Assembly (NCBI RefSeq): GCF_009914755.1
Contig: NC_060937.1
DNA length: 64,000 nt
Strand: one strand, 5' to 3'
Source: the human T2T-CHM13v2.0 reference genome, Homo sapiens
Shown here: in pieces, positions 51,171 through 64,000 of the stretch
Numbering within the stretch: position 1 is the first letter of the stretch
Layout of the letters: every line of letters begins with the position of its first letter
Notes under the pieces: generated by a model
Told to the model about the DNA's origin: nothing
Seen by the model: only the letters and a program-made list of their open reading frames with translations
Databases searched by the model: none
Program-made: the position numbers and the translations under genes

Positions 51171-53454
51171 GATGAGCTTCATTGTAAATATAATAGGTAT
51201 TAGATGGTACATTCAGCAACTAAACAAATAGTATTTTGTATGCAAATGTAAAGAGACAAACTTATGTCTTGTATGTTTCTTTTAACCTTAACATTCAGGA
51301 ATAATCATCATCAGTATTTTGATAAGTTTTCTTAGGCAAAATTTCAAAATATTCTTCTAGTAAATCTGACTACTACTTGTTGAATTTCCACAGGAAGCCC
51401 CCTAATCAGGAATTGTCAAAGGTAAATACATAAAGTGTTGTTTACACATCTTGAGTTTATGTATATTAATATTATTAGCTATTATAAAACATAAGACATT
51501 CAAAAATCAACATCAGATTAATGTTATATGTCAAGCCCTCTAAATGTATATGGCACTTAATTTATATTGAAAAAAATTTTAAAGAATAATTTCTATGAAT
51601 ATGTACTTATATTTTTTAGAGTATAGTCTCTTATTTTAAAAATATGATCACAAAATATCTTTTAATAATTTAGCTACAAAGAAACAGTTTCAAGGAATTG
51701 CTTTCTATGCCACACACACACACTCAGAAACACACTACTTGTACACACACATACTTGCTCACACATGCCTATTTTCAGAATTTTCTAAATAGCAATTACT
51801 TTCTTAGATTTATAGTCTATAATGCATGGCATTTTTTTTATCCAAAAATATATATTTTTTGTTTCCATTTAAGTAGTTTTAGTCTAAAAGCACTTGCTAA
51901 TCATAACAACACAGCAAAGGTTTGTTATGTAAACATTATACTTTATTATCAGCCTTTGTTTTCCAATACAATGCTTTAAAAATATCCTCTGTTGTATAAA
52001 GGACATTGTTGCAAAAAGGCAGCTCAAAACTTGTCCTTCCCTTCCTTTCATTGATCTGTTGCCTCTTAGGCAATATGAACAGCTGTCTCCAGCTCACCCA
52101 CAAGCAAGCTGAACATAATAATAAGGTAGTGTTACTGGCCTGAATCTATGAATGATTATACAAAGGGTGCCAGCTCTTTTCCATTAAAGATAAGGTAACA
52201 AAGATACCATAGAGAAGAAAACTGGTTAGCAAAGCAAGCGTGTGCTTCTGCCTTTAAGGTTTAGTTACTATTCTGGTAACCACTGAGTTTCTCTTTCCGT
52301 TGGGTTTCCAATAAGGTGAAGGTGCCCTCTGTAGGAGACTCCCAGTAAATGCCGCTTTTTTATATTTGGGTGACAACAGGCAAGTTCTGCTCCCCTACCT
52401 CCAATTTATAAATAAACAAATAAATAAATAATCACAGAACTCTGTGTGAGCAGAAGCTTGAACTCTATAAATCTTAGGGGGAAATTAGTATAAAGCCCAC
52501 AATGATCTATGTAAATGTGGTTGCTTTTTCAAAATGAGAGCAATGGAACAGTGAGCAAGCTATACAGCATGTTGGTGTTTGATATTTATTGACACTGTGA
52601 CACTGTGATATGTAATAGAATAGGCTGTATAAATTCAGAGGTGTTCCAAAAACTGAAAGATAGAAGGTCTTGGCATAGTTGAGTGAAAAATGGATCTAAA
52701 CAGAAAAATCCACATGCGGAGAGACACATTCACCACCTAATAAATACACCTCCCCAAAAGGTCTTCTTATCTTCCCTTCCTATAAAGGTTACCATAATGC
52801 AGATTCATTATCAGTCCCACTGGGTAGCACATAGCTCCGTAAGAAATTGCTTTTGTTAGCATGCTCGTAGAAAGAGATTAGCTATTTCACCAGATCTCTT
52901 GGGGCTATTTGAAATTTTGGGAATTCTCTCTGTAATTTAAAATGAAAGTTAAAGCCAATGCGAATAGACTAGGGAGAATCTCACAAATTAAACCTCTCCA
53001 TCTGGAAGTTTCTTCATCACTTATTGCAAAGTACAAGCTGATATCGCATTTGTTACAGGCAGGAGAGAGATTTCATCACTGATGATGCAATTACATTTAT
53101 ATTAATGTTTTAATAATTAACTATGTTGGTTGCAAAGAAAAACGTAAAATAGAAATGCTTAACAGTGTTTTGGATTTTTTTGTCTTTATTAACTTTGTAT
53201 ATTACTTAGATTTTATCACTGAGATCATCTATGTGCATTATTTAAACTATGACTTTAGCCTCTATGGAATGTGTGTAGGAGAGTCTAGTATCACCTGTAT
53301 TGCAAGTTAGGGGATGAACAAGTAGGCATGGAGGCATAAGAGAAGGGAGATTATTTGCATCCTCTTATCTAACTGACTTCATTGATCCTCAGTATCGCTC
53401 AAACATCCCCTTCTCTGCGAATCCATTTTCCCATACCATTGGCCACTTAATCTC

Positions 53455-53630
53455 AACAACTATATTATGGATTACTATGTACCAAGCACTGTGTGAGCAC
53501 TGTGCTAGATAGTTTATATGGATTATCTCATCTAATCCTCGTAATACATAAGAAAGATAGGCAATTTGTCTTATCCCAGTAAGAAAATGAGGCATCTAAA
53601 GTTTGGCTGATTAAATTACTTGCCCAAGCC
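53455..53630 (-). mobile_element. MIR fragment
   Basis: ttactatgtaccaagcactgtg…ggattatctcatctaatcctc…taagaaaatgaggca…ttaaattacttgcccaag. Confidence 0.7.
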
Positions 53631-54217
53631 TACTCCACAGTCTGCTTTCTTTTCCCCAAGGATACCACTCCCTTCTGTCCTCACTTATTTTCTCACCTGA
53701 TTATTTTTCACATGTTCAACTTATTTGCGCTCCTGTCTTCCTAACACAACTGCCTGGTGAATTCCCAGCCAGCAGTAACAGCTATCTGCCATCCCACTGG
53801 ATGACTGAGCATTGCTAAACACTCTCCCACAGTTATGCAGAATTGTATCCTTGATTACTCATGACTCTTAGTTGCAAGCTTTAAAATTTAAGCCAGTTCA
53901 TCTAGAAAGGGTCTGAATCAGCTCACATCATCACATCAATAGAAGTCACGGCTTCAGTTGGTCTCAGGGATAACTTTGACCAGAGATTCAAACGTCTCCT
54001 CATATCATCTCTGATTTCTGAAGACACGTTTGTCAAGGTGTCTTCTTCAGTTCCTCAGTTTAGGTTCTAAACAACTGGACTCATAGTTTCTAGAAGCAAT
54101 CATGCACACTGCTTCTAACTCCAGCACCCAAAGACACAAATCCAAGGAAGAATTCTTATTGGGTCATCTTGGAAGAGGTGCATATTTCTGGATGAAGAAA
54201 CTGATCAAGGGCATTAT

Positions 54218-54435
54218 TGGGTAGTGGTTAAGAATGTGTGGAATGTGAAACCAGATTCCTGGAATGTAAAACCTGGTCTATTTGTGACTTGGGACAAGTT
54301 TACATCCCAGTGCCTGAATTTTCTTATATGAATAAAAGGAAATGATAATTGTACCTACTTCATTGCATCGCTATGATGATTAAATGAATTACTATGCAGA
54401 ACTTAGAATAATGACTAGTTCTGAATATGTTAGTT
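54218..54435 (+). mobile_element. MIR fragment
   Basis: gtagtggttaagaatg…tgtgacttgggacaagttt…gtgcctgaattttctta…gataattgtacctacttcat…gatgattaaatga. Confidence 0.7.
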
Positions 54436-55234
54436 ATCAGTGATCATTTAGGCCTTAGGATTGGTTCAGCTTGGGGCAGATGCTCCACTCAGCTCAATCA
54501 GTGCGACCACTGGGGCAGAGTAATTAAACAGCATTGAAGCTCAAATTTGAGGGAGATTCCTAGCATGGGAGACAGAAATTTTTCGGAAGGAAAAGACTTT
54601 TCCAGGTGAAAGAGTGAGAAGTGCTAGATGGACAAGTCACCAGACACCAGGAAGAATACTATACAATCAGGAAGAATGTATGATCTCCTATATGAGTGGA
54701 GAGCCATTCAACCATCTTTTTATGTGTCCTTAATCAGCTCCATCGCTCCTTCCTCTCAGTGATAATTCCAAAACTTTCTTAAATACTAAACCCAATTCTT
54801 CAAACGAGAGATGTATATTCTCTATTGACACTCTTCCTATTGCAACAGGGAAGTTTAAGATCATCAGGTTTTCACCATTTCTTGATTGGACTGTTCCTAG
54901 AGTCTCTGAGCTGACTCCCTTTCCCAGTCCTTCCCTTCATCCATCCACATTATTTCCAGATTTATAGTGGAGCTTGAGAGTACCACTTTCAATATAAATC
55001 TTGAATATAGGTCATGAAGTCTATATACTAAAACTCTTCAATGGTACTCCTTCACCTCCAGCATGAAGTTCAAATTAGGACTAAGCCTGACCTAGGAGAC
55101 TTTATCTTTCCTGTTTTTGTATTTGGATACTCTCCAGGTCTAATATTTATTTTGTTATTATTATCTCTACTTTGTGACCATTTGTTGACCTGTTTTAAAT
55201 AGCTAGCTAGCTAGCAGACAGAAAGAAATCAATA

Positions 55235-55605
55235 ACCAGTTTGCTAGGGCTACAGTAACAAAGTACTACTGACTTAAGCAACAGAAACATTTTTTACAGT
55301 TTTGGAGGCTAGAAGTCCAATCTCAAGGTGTCAGCAGGTTCAGTTTCTTCCAGAGGGCTCTTTCCTTGGCTTGCAGATGGCTACTTTGCTGCTGTGTCTT
55401 CACATGGTCTTTCTTCTGTAGATGCCCCTGGTGTCTCTCTAAGCATCCTAATAAGGACATCAGTCAGGTTGGATTAGGGCCTACCCTAAGGACTTCATCT
55501 TAACTTACCTACCTCTTTAAAAGCCCTGTCTCCAAATACAGTCACATTTGGAGGTAGTGGTTAGGGATTCAACTTATAAATCTTGAGGGGACACAATTCA
55601 GCTCC
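55235..55605 (-). mobile_element. MaLR solo LTR (MLT1A/B/C-like)
   Basis: ctagggctacagtaacaaagtac…ggaggctagaagtccaa…ggcttgcagatggc…ataaggacatcagtca…ggattagggcctaccctaa…tctccaaatacagtcacatt…gggacacaattcagc. Confidence 0.88.
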
Positions 55606-55741
55606 AGTTATAATTTTTATCTTAGAAAGTCTAAAGTGCTAAATTTGTCAAATTAAATCATGCTACTCTTCTGGTGAAAATACTTCAATCGCTTCTCATT
55701 AGACTTTGAACAGCACTCTGGTCTTTTTCTTCATGGCATAA

Positions 55742-56041
<300 letters not shown>

Positions 56042-56339
56042 GCATTATTTTTAACTTGTAATTTTACCTTAGTTTGTTTGCTTTTTTATTGTGTGACTAT
56101 CCGCATTGGTAAGAGTTCCTTTGGACCATTTCTATTTTATTCTTTATTGTATTTTCTTTCTAGTACAGAGATTGAAATAAAGATGTTCCTCCATGTTTAT
56201 TGAATAAGAAACGACCTACTTCAAGTAGTATGACTATACTGTGTTATTTCACATGTTTGGGGTTTGGTTCTGACTATATCCTCCAATATTTATTTGCTTA
56301 CCTAATGATTTTTTACCCTTTAGGACATCCCTCAACGAA

Positions 56340-56720
56340 AGTGATACATATGCACCATGGAATACTATGCAGCCATAAAAAAGAATGAGATTATGTCTTT
56401 TGCAGGGACATGGATGGAGCTGGAGGCCATTATCGTTAACAAACTAACACAGGAACAAATACTGCATGCTCCCACTTCTAAGGAGGAGCTAAATGATGAA
56501 AACTCACGGACGCATAGTGAGGAACACCACACACTGGGGCCTATCAGAGGGTGGAGGATGGGAGGAGAGAGAGGATCAGGAAAAATAACTAATAGGCACT
56601 AGGCTTAATACCTGGGTGATGAAATAATCTATACAACAAACCCCCATGACACAAGTTTACCTATGTAACAAACCTGCACATGTACCCCTGAACTTAAAAG
56701 TTAAAAAAGAAATAAAAAAA
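56340..56720 (+). mobile_element. L1PA (older, ~PA13-16-like) 3' end
   Basis: ORF 56357 MEYYAAIKKNEIMSFAGTWMELEAII is the ORF2p C-terminus. 3' UTR ggatcaggaaaaataactaat…aaacctgcacatgtacccctgaacttaaaa plus A-tail. Confidence 0.92.
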
Positions 56721-57606
56721 GGATGCTCTAAACCAATGAAAGACGTAACTATCCCACTTCTATGGGATACTTACCTCTATTTTTAATTTGTTATCATATA
56801 TGGTATCAGTCTTCATTAATTACAGGGAACAAGTATCAATCATATTTTAATTTACAGGGTTTAGCATATTGCCTAATATATGACAATCCTCACATTGAAC
56901 TTTGCTTTTTGGGAAACAGTTAAACTTCACCTGAATGACCAGATAAATTTTAAATGAATAAAATATCAAAGTATAAATGATTTAAATAATTATATTCTAC
57001 CTCATCTTTAAGAACTTTCCTGATAATCTCAGTCTAAACACTTCTCTTTTATCATTTATTTTATCCATTATGTAGCTATGAGTAATCCATTGTCTTGTAA
57101 AATCTATTAAAATGTTGCCTTGAACTACTGTTTCCATCTTTAGTCATTTACATTTTGAATTAGTTTGTATCTCATTTTTTTTTTATCTCACCAGCTAGAG
57201 AGTAGGGGATTTTGTCCTATATAATTACAGAAAAAGACATATATGCATATAATAAGCACTTGTTCACTGGATTCAATTTGGATAAATTTGAAGCATGTGT
57301 AAATTCAGAGATATTTCAAATATCTAGCCTATTATATCAGTTAGCTCTTTCTGCATAAACGTACAATCCAGAATTTAGCGGCTTAAAAAAATCACATTTG
57401 ATTTAGCTTATTCTTTTGTGTGAGGTCTGGGATGACGCTTCTGGTCTGGGTCAATTCAGCTGGGTTGTGTTTTCTGTGATTGCTTCATGATTTGTCTGGT
57501 CATTAGGAGACTGCCATCACAATGGGGCTGGGGTTTCACCAGGCAGTTGTGTTGGTTGTGAATCTTGCATATGTTAACCGGTGGACATATGCAACACATT
57601 CTTAGG

Positions 57607-57995
57607 TGCTATGGACTGAGTTATGGTCCCTGCCCCAAATTCTTATGCTGAAACATTAACCCTCAATGTGACTGTATTGAGAAATAGGGCTTTTAGGAAG
57701 TAAAGTTAAATATGTTCATAAGGATAGGGTCCTAATCCAATACAATTGGTGGATTCATAACAAGAGGAAGAGATTTTCTGTCTCTATTTCTCTATGTCTC
57801 TCTAGCAAGCACCAAGGAAGGCCATGTGAGAATACAATGAGACAACCATCTGCAGTCAGGAAGAGAGCCCTCATTAGAAACCTAATTGGCAGGCACCTTG
57901 GTCTTGAACTTCCCTTCCTTCAGAACTGTGAGAAATCAATTTCTGTTGATTAAGTTGCTGGTATTTTGTTATGGCAGCCAGAACAGACTAAGATA
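57607..57995 (+). mobile_element. MaLR solo LTR (MLT1A-like)
   Basis: tgctatggactga…ccccaaattcttatgctgaaa…ggaagagagccctca…cagaactgtgagaaatcaatttctgttg…tattttgttatggcagcc…gactaagata. Near-TSD TTAGG/CTAGG. Confidence 0.88.
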
Positions 57996-59285
57996 CTAGG
58001 GTATATACCTAGTATTGGACTTGATAATGGGGTTTGCACATCTTCATACTTATAAGATGGAGTCAAGTGGTTTCCAAATATTTCAAAAGTTGTTCCACAT
58101 CATTTCTAACATCTGATATTATAAAACTTTTGAAATGTTGCAGCCAGGGGGTATAAAATGGAATCCAACTGCAGCTTTAATTTATATTACCTTATTACTA
58201 AGATTGAGTTTTTTTTATATGCTGTTTGGCTATTTGAATTTTCCTCTTCAGTCAAGTGTCTGTTCTTTTGCCCATTATAAGTTATGTAAGTTACCATTTA
58301 TGTTTTTCTTTTTGATGTACAGAATTTACATATTCTGAATATGTTAAAAATATATTCTCCCAGTGTGTTTCTTCTATTTTCACATTATTTGTGATAGTTT
58401 TTGATGAGCAGAAGTTCTTTATTTAATATAGTCAAATTCCAGATTTTCCTTTATAGATTTCTCTGTTTGGGTCTTGCATAAGAAATTTCCCTATCCTAAG
58501 AACATAACCTCATTCTTTGAGATTTTTTTTTAATTTTGTTTTTTTGCTTTATATGTTTAAGTGTTCAACATTCTAGGAATTGATGAGTTTAACAGCAGAG
58601 ATGGAGGGGTAGAGGGAGGAAGATAAAGGGTGTTTGTTGCTCCTGGCATCTAGTGGGTAGAGGGCAGGGATGTTGCTAAACATCCTACAGTGCACAGGAC
58701 AATCCCTATAACAAAGAATTATCCAGACCAAAATGTCAGCAGTGCTGAGGCTGAGGGATCCTTGGAGTAGTCATTTGTGTAATACAGCCATAATCAGTAT
58801 TCTTAAATTCTTTATGTGTGCTTAAAAAGAAAGCATATCCTACAATCACGAGTGTAATTGGTTTCTATATTCTATGTGCTTCTTTTAGTTAACCTTATTA
58901 ATTTTGTGGTTCAAAGATTTCATAATCTAACTGATTTTTTTGACTACATGATTTATCATTATGGAGAGAGCTGTGCTAAAATCTCTCTCTGTGTGGATTA
59001 GTCTAGTCCCTCATAGTTCTGTCAACTCTTCCTTTAAATAACTTGACGCTCTGTTTTGAGGTAATACAAGGGTAGAATACATATGTCTTTCTGGTGAATT
59101 GAAATGTTTATCATTTTAATTGGCTATCATTTTCTCTAACACATTTTTTTCAATTGATTTTGTCTAATATATCCTTATAAACACAGTGGACATTTTATAT
59201 TTTAATATTAATTTGTTATAACCTTATTAAATTTTTTGTTTTCAATGTCCTTATATTTTAGGATATCTTTTGTGAACAACATGGA
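57996..59285 (-). mobile_element. Ancient L1M (L1ME/MD-like) fragments
   Basis: T-rich antisense L1 motifs (gggtatatacctag, ttttgatgagcagaagttctttatttaatatagtcaaatt, tttctggtgaattgaa). Confidence 0.55.
58625..58765. mobile_element. MER20 hAT DNA transposon (partial)
   Basis: ctggcatctagtgggtagagggcagggatgttgctaaacatcctacagtgcacaggaca…acaaagaattatccagaccaaaatgtcagcagtgctgaggctgag closely matches MER20. Confidence 0.88.
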
Positions 59286-59299
59286 ACTCTCTTATTTTA

Positions 59300-59605
59300 G
59301 TATAATTAATTAATTAATTTAGATACATGGTCTCACTCTGTTGCCCAGGCTGGAGTGCAGTGGAGCAATCACGGCTCACTGCAGCCTTGACCTTCCAGGC
59401 TCAGGTGATCTTCTCATCTTGGTCCCCGCAAGTAGCCGGGACTACAGGGCGTACCACCATGCCCAGCTAATTTCTTTGTATTTTTTGTAGGATGGGATTT
59501 TGCCATGTTGCCCAGGCTGGTCCCGGATTCTTGGGCTCAAGCAATCCACCTGCCTTGTCCTCCCAAAGTGCTGGCGTTTTCAGGCCTGAACCACCACATC
59601 CGGCC
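59300..59605 (-). mobile_element. Alu (AluJ-like)
   Basis: caatcacggctcactgcagccttgacc…ggctcaggtgatc…gggctcaagcaatccacc. Confidence 0.92.
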
Positions 59606-59949
59606 TTACCTTTATTTTAAATCCCTTTGCATAATCTTTGTGGTTTAAATGGGTCACATAGTCCATTTTCATGTATTGAAATCACTAATATTTTTGTATT
59701 GATATCTATCATCTTATTTTGTGGTCTTACTGGTACCACCCCCTATATTTTGTAGTTTCTTCCCTTGGCTTTTAATATCCATTCATGACTCACCTGAATC
59801 AACCACCACTGTGATGGTTGCCAGATTGTGTTCATCTATTTCTGTTTTTCTTTCTACATTTACAAGTTGTCATCCTATTGCAAGAAAAATCTTTGTCTTC
59901 TATTGAAATCATGACTTTGTTAATTTAAATTATTGTATTCCCCTTATTA

Positions 59950-60680
59950 TTCTTTATTTTCATGTTGACATTGGCCCAGATTTGTTGTTCAGTTGGAGTC
60001 TATTCCATCTGGCTTCTGTCATTTTGACATGCCCATGTCATTCTTTGGGAGTTTCTTAGTTTCTGGCACAGGGTCCAGGTTCCTTTTGTGCTTTTCATGC
60101 CAATGGTCTTGGAATCAGCCATTTCTCTAAGGAATCTGGTTCTTGTGGAAGATTATATATCAAAACCAAAATCAGGACCAAGAATCAAACACATTAATAG
60201 AATGTAAAAATATATTCAACAAAATAGAATTACAAAAAATGTATTAGAGAAAGTGAAAGTCACTTAAAAATTATCTAATGAAAATGCCTTTCACTAGAAA
60301 AGACTTAAGAGTCCAGGGTTAGGTGTGCTCATTGCTACGTGTACTTCATAGCTTCTAGGTCCTCTCAGTAAACAAAGTAAGAAATAAATGGATGTGTGTA
60401 TACATTTCTAGATAAGTAAATAGAAAAAATATCTGTGTGTGTCACACATGTTTTGTATCTATTCTATATCCATTATTTCAATCTACATCTATTATTTATC
60501 TATCTACCTATCTATCCTGTGAATTTATACAAGATTTTCACTTCCAATCCAGTAATTTCATCATGTTCATTTCAGTTAGTTTCTCCAATATCTGTATTCC
60601 TGATAGTGAGAAACTTGACTTCCATTATCTTCAATGTATGTACTTATTTGTCTTATCTCCTTGTACATAACCAATATCCC
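59950..60680 (-). mobile_element. Old L1 (L1MC-like) 3' fragments
   Basis: cccagattt…ggaatcagccatttctctaagga…aggtgtgctcattgctac…gcttctaggtcctctcagt…gtgagaaacttgactccattat. Confidence 0.6.
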
Positions 60681-60957
60681 AAACTTGCTTGTTACCTCTT
60701 TGACCTTGACCATTTTGCTGTCTCATTAGCCTATGATCTTGCCATGGCCCCTTTGGTTGACTACCTAAGCGACCCCAGCCCTTTACCCACCTTCTAAGCC
60801 TCACTGCATTCTCTACCCCCAGCTCTATCAGATTCTGAAACTTTCTTAACTCCACCACTTCTCTTCAGCCCTGCTCTTGTTCCACAAAAAGGGAAGGAAA
60901 GAGAAAGAGGAAAAGGACAGCAATGTCCTCAGATTGGGAGCTAAAGTTTATCTGAAT

Positions 60958-61153
<196 letters not shown>

Positions 61154-61599
61154 CAGGCATTTTACTTTTCTATCATATGTCAACAAGAAAAGAGATGAGA
61201 GTCATTTTTCATGTTCTGTATGCTATCCTTGATCCAAATATTATCACTATGCTCTAAGATTTCTAAATTAGGAAATTAAAAGTTTGTATACTCAAGCTTT
61301 ATATGTAGTAAAGTAATATATATCTAGATGAAATATTCCACCTGAGAATGGCCACATACTCCCCAATGTAAATTTTTAAATAATTTTGAAATATTTCCTC
61401 ATTTTATTCACAGGACGTGATAACGAGTCATACTGCGGTGGATCGGCATGCACCCTGTCCCCCTTCTTACCTCCCAGAATTACCTCAGTATCATAGCGTA
61501 GGTGCTTTGGAGAAAACTGACTCCTCCTAGCAATAAGTCTTCAGTTGCTTTAAGCTTTAAGCACATTCTTTCAGTCCTCTGATCACTGTCATTTGTCCA

Positions 61600-61955
61600 G
61601 GGGTGGGCATGGACTTTAGTGGTACCAAAAAAAATCTCGCATTCCTATTTGAAATGCTGAGACAGAAGTACAGGCTCTCACTTTCTCTGCAGTTGGCAGA
61701 GAGGGAATGTGGTCTCGATTGCTTCTGGCAAACATTGTGCAGTCATGTTGGAAAGGGGACTTGAAATGAAGCGAAGATTCCAGAAAACAGAACAAACCAA
61801 AAGAAATGGTGACCACTATAACTGGCAACTGTGGAGCCTGCCCTATCTCTGGACATTCAGTTACTGGGGCTAATAAAGCCTGGTTTACTTTGTTGTCTGT
61901 GCCATTTGACTTTGCTTTCTTGATGTGAATAACACAGAAAAGTTCTAACTCACAG
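61600..61955 (+). mobile_element. Ancient MaLR LTR (MLT1J/K-like)
   Basis: ccctatctctggacattcagttac…gctaataaag…aacacagaaaagttctaactcaca resembles the 3' end of old MLT1 LTRs. Confidence 0.5.
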
Positions 61956-62534
61956 TGACATTAAAGAAAAAAGCAGAATGGAATAAAATCAAACTAGCAA
62001 AGTGTATAAGTCATAAGAAAAAATTGACCATGACTAAAGATAAGACTAGACAAGGGTATCTACGCTTTGAAAAAGTTGGTCACATGATAAGAAGTTCTTT
62101 TGAAAATAAGCTTTATTTTTTATTCTTTGGTCAAAAATGGGCAATGATTAAAAATAGCTTATTAATTTTTCAAAAAAATGCATTAAAAGAGCAACATAAT
62201 AGCAGATCCAAAGCAGTTTATGCAAAGTTACCCTTATAAAACGTCACAATTAGGAGGCTAGTATGAGTCTCTTATATACTCTGGTTATATCACTAATACT
62301 GCACTTAGAAGCCTAAAGCTTTCTTCTTTATTTGAAGAAATGTATATTCCGTTAGGGCACAATTATTTGATTCCATACTGAAAGTGTCTGTAGGTAATTT
62401 TATGGAAGAAAGGAACTTCTAGAGACAAAATGAAGCTAAGCTGGGCCTAGAGTTGATACCTTTGGCCAGAAATATTAGGGCAGTCCTTTTATTTAAAAAA
62501 ACAAAAATCTTGACATGAATAAAGCAGCAGAAAG

Positions 62535-62810
62535 GACATAGTATGATTCTACTTCTATGAGATACCTAGAATACGAACATTCATGGAGTTAGAGAGTAGA
62601 ACTGAGGTTACAAGGGACTGGGGGACAGGAAGGTTCAGGGAGTTATTGTTTAATGGGTTCAGTATTTCCATTTGGGAGGATGAGAAAGTTCTGGAGATGA
62701 ACAGTAGCAATGGTTGCACAATATTGTGAATGTGCTTAATGCCACTGAATTGTACGCTGAAATTTGGTTAAATGGTAACCTTTCTGATATTTATATTTAC
62801 CATGCTAAAA
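62535..62810 (+). mobile_element. Old L1 (L1MB-like) 3' end
   Basis: gagttattgtttaatgggttcagtatttccatttgggaggatgagaaagttctggagatg…ggttgcacaatattgtgaatgtgcttaatgccactgaattgtac. Confidence 0.88.
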
Positions 62811-64000
62811 AGATCCTTGCCTAGCACAAAATTTGATGCATACATTCAATTAGAAAAGTTTTCATTTTCATAAAATTGTTAGTTTTTATGTAGAAAACAT
62901 TAACAACAGTAACAAAAGCAGCTGAGTATAGCTCTTCAGAATTTCCATGACCTAGCCATCTGCTTGCATTAAAGCAAACCAGATCTCCATTTTCTGCTTC
63001 AACTTCTTCAGTATATCCAGTAAACTGGTCATGTTTAAAGGCACAAGCATGAATAAAATTCATAATCTCGATCACTTTCCTAAGACATCATGCAATGAAC
63101 CTCACTTGCAGAGTTCACAGCACCAATTCTCCTGATGCAATGGGAAGTGAGCTCACTTTCTCTTTATGATTTAAATCAACGATTGAGATCTCCTATTTTA
63201 TTTCTTTTATTATGGGGCACCGTATCTGTGACAAATAATTTCAGTTTTCTACACTTAGATGAAACTTCTCAACTTTCATACCAGCAAGTGATTACGTTCT
63301 ACTGGTTCAAATATGTTAATTAATTTGGACTCACTATTACTTCTGTTATTTCTAAAAATTCCTGGTTTCTTATATTTGGTTTGCAGTACACAAATGAGAC
63401 ACAGTAGGGTGAGAGCAAATAGTTTTCTATTTCTGATTACTCAGATTCACATAAGACAAAGGGAAAGTCAGATACTTATTTATAATTATTTTTCATACAG
63501 AACTATACTAATTCTTCATTCACCTGTATAAACTCTTACATAACATATATTCATGAGAAAGGAACACGTACGATAAATGGAGGGTTCAAGAGACCCAAAA
63601 GATTTAAAGATGGAATGCTTTATTCAACCATTGAGAATATCCTTAATTTGAAATATTGTATGTTAATGTGTTTCTTTGTATTTCTTTATGTTGCCCCTAT
63701 TCTTCATTTCTGGATTTTTAAAAATCTAAACAAACATAAAAGTAAGTTTTTGAATGGTTTTAGTTAGTCCATGTCAATTTACTGGAGTTAAGGATCTTCC
63801 ACTGAAATGCTTTCTAAAAGCCATATTTCACAACTGCAGCTTACCAATGGAATGTTCCATTAGGTGTGCTTTACTTTCTCTCCATCCATGCCATTCAGTC
63901 TTGGTTAAAAGCTGGATACAATAGGGAAGGTTTACTGGGGAGACAGGACACTACACCCTTTAAACCACCTTTCTCAATATTGTCCCCATCAAGAGACAAG

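Overview
Primate genomic DNA, almost certainly human (Alu, L1PA/L1HS, MLT1, MER20 and MIR repeats in an AT-rich background), covering the 5' end of DACH1 (dachshund homolog 1) on the minus strand. Coding exon 1 runs from the ATG at 39640 to a GT donor after 38793 (848 nt). It encodes poly-Ala/Gly/Ser tracts and the SKI/SNO/DAC domain, inside a ~3.2 kb CpG island. Bases 1-38792 are the start of the very large intron 1, and ~40100-64000 is upstream intergenic DNA. The only other gene-derived sequence is a processed RPL35A pseudogene. Nearly all other ORFs in the track are chance, repeat-derived or GC-rich shadow ORFs. I did not find a new multi-gene system. The best leads are an ATG-TGA start-stop element 2 nt before the DACH1 start codon, a 23-codon uORF, a CpG-retaining pseudogene+Alu patch, an L1 polyadenylated at its G-tract, an old ~1.3 kb-spaced direct duplication, octamer/PBX-HOX/TCF motif clusters and a MER121-like ancient repeat. 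Repeat subfamily calls are from remembered consensus sequences and their boundaries are approximate.
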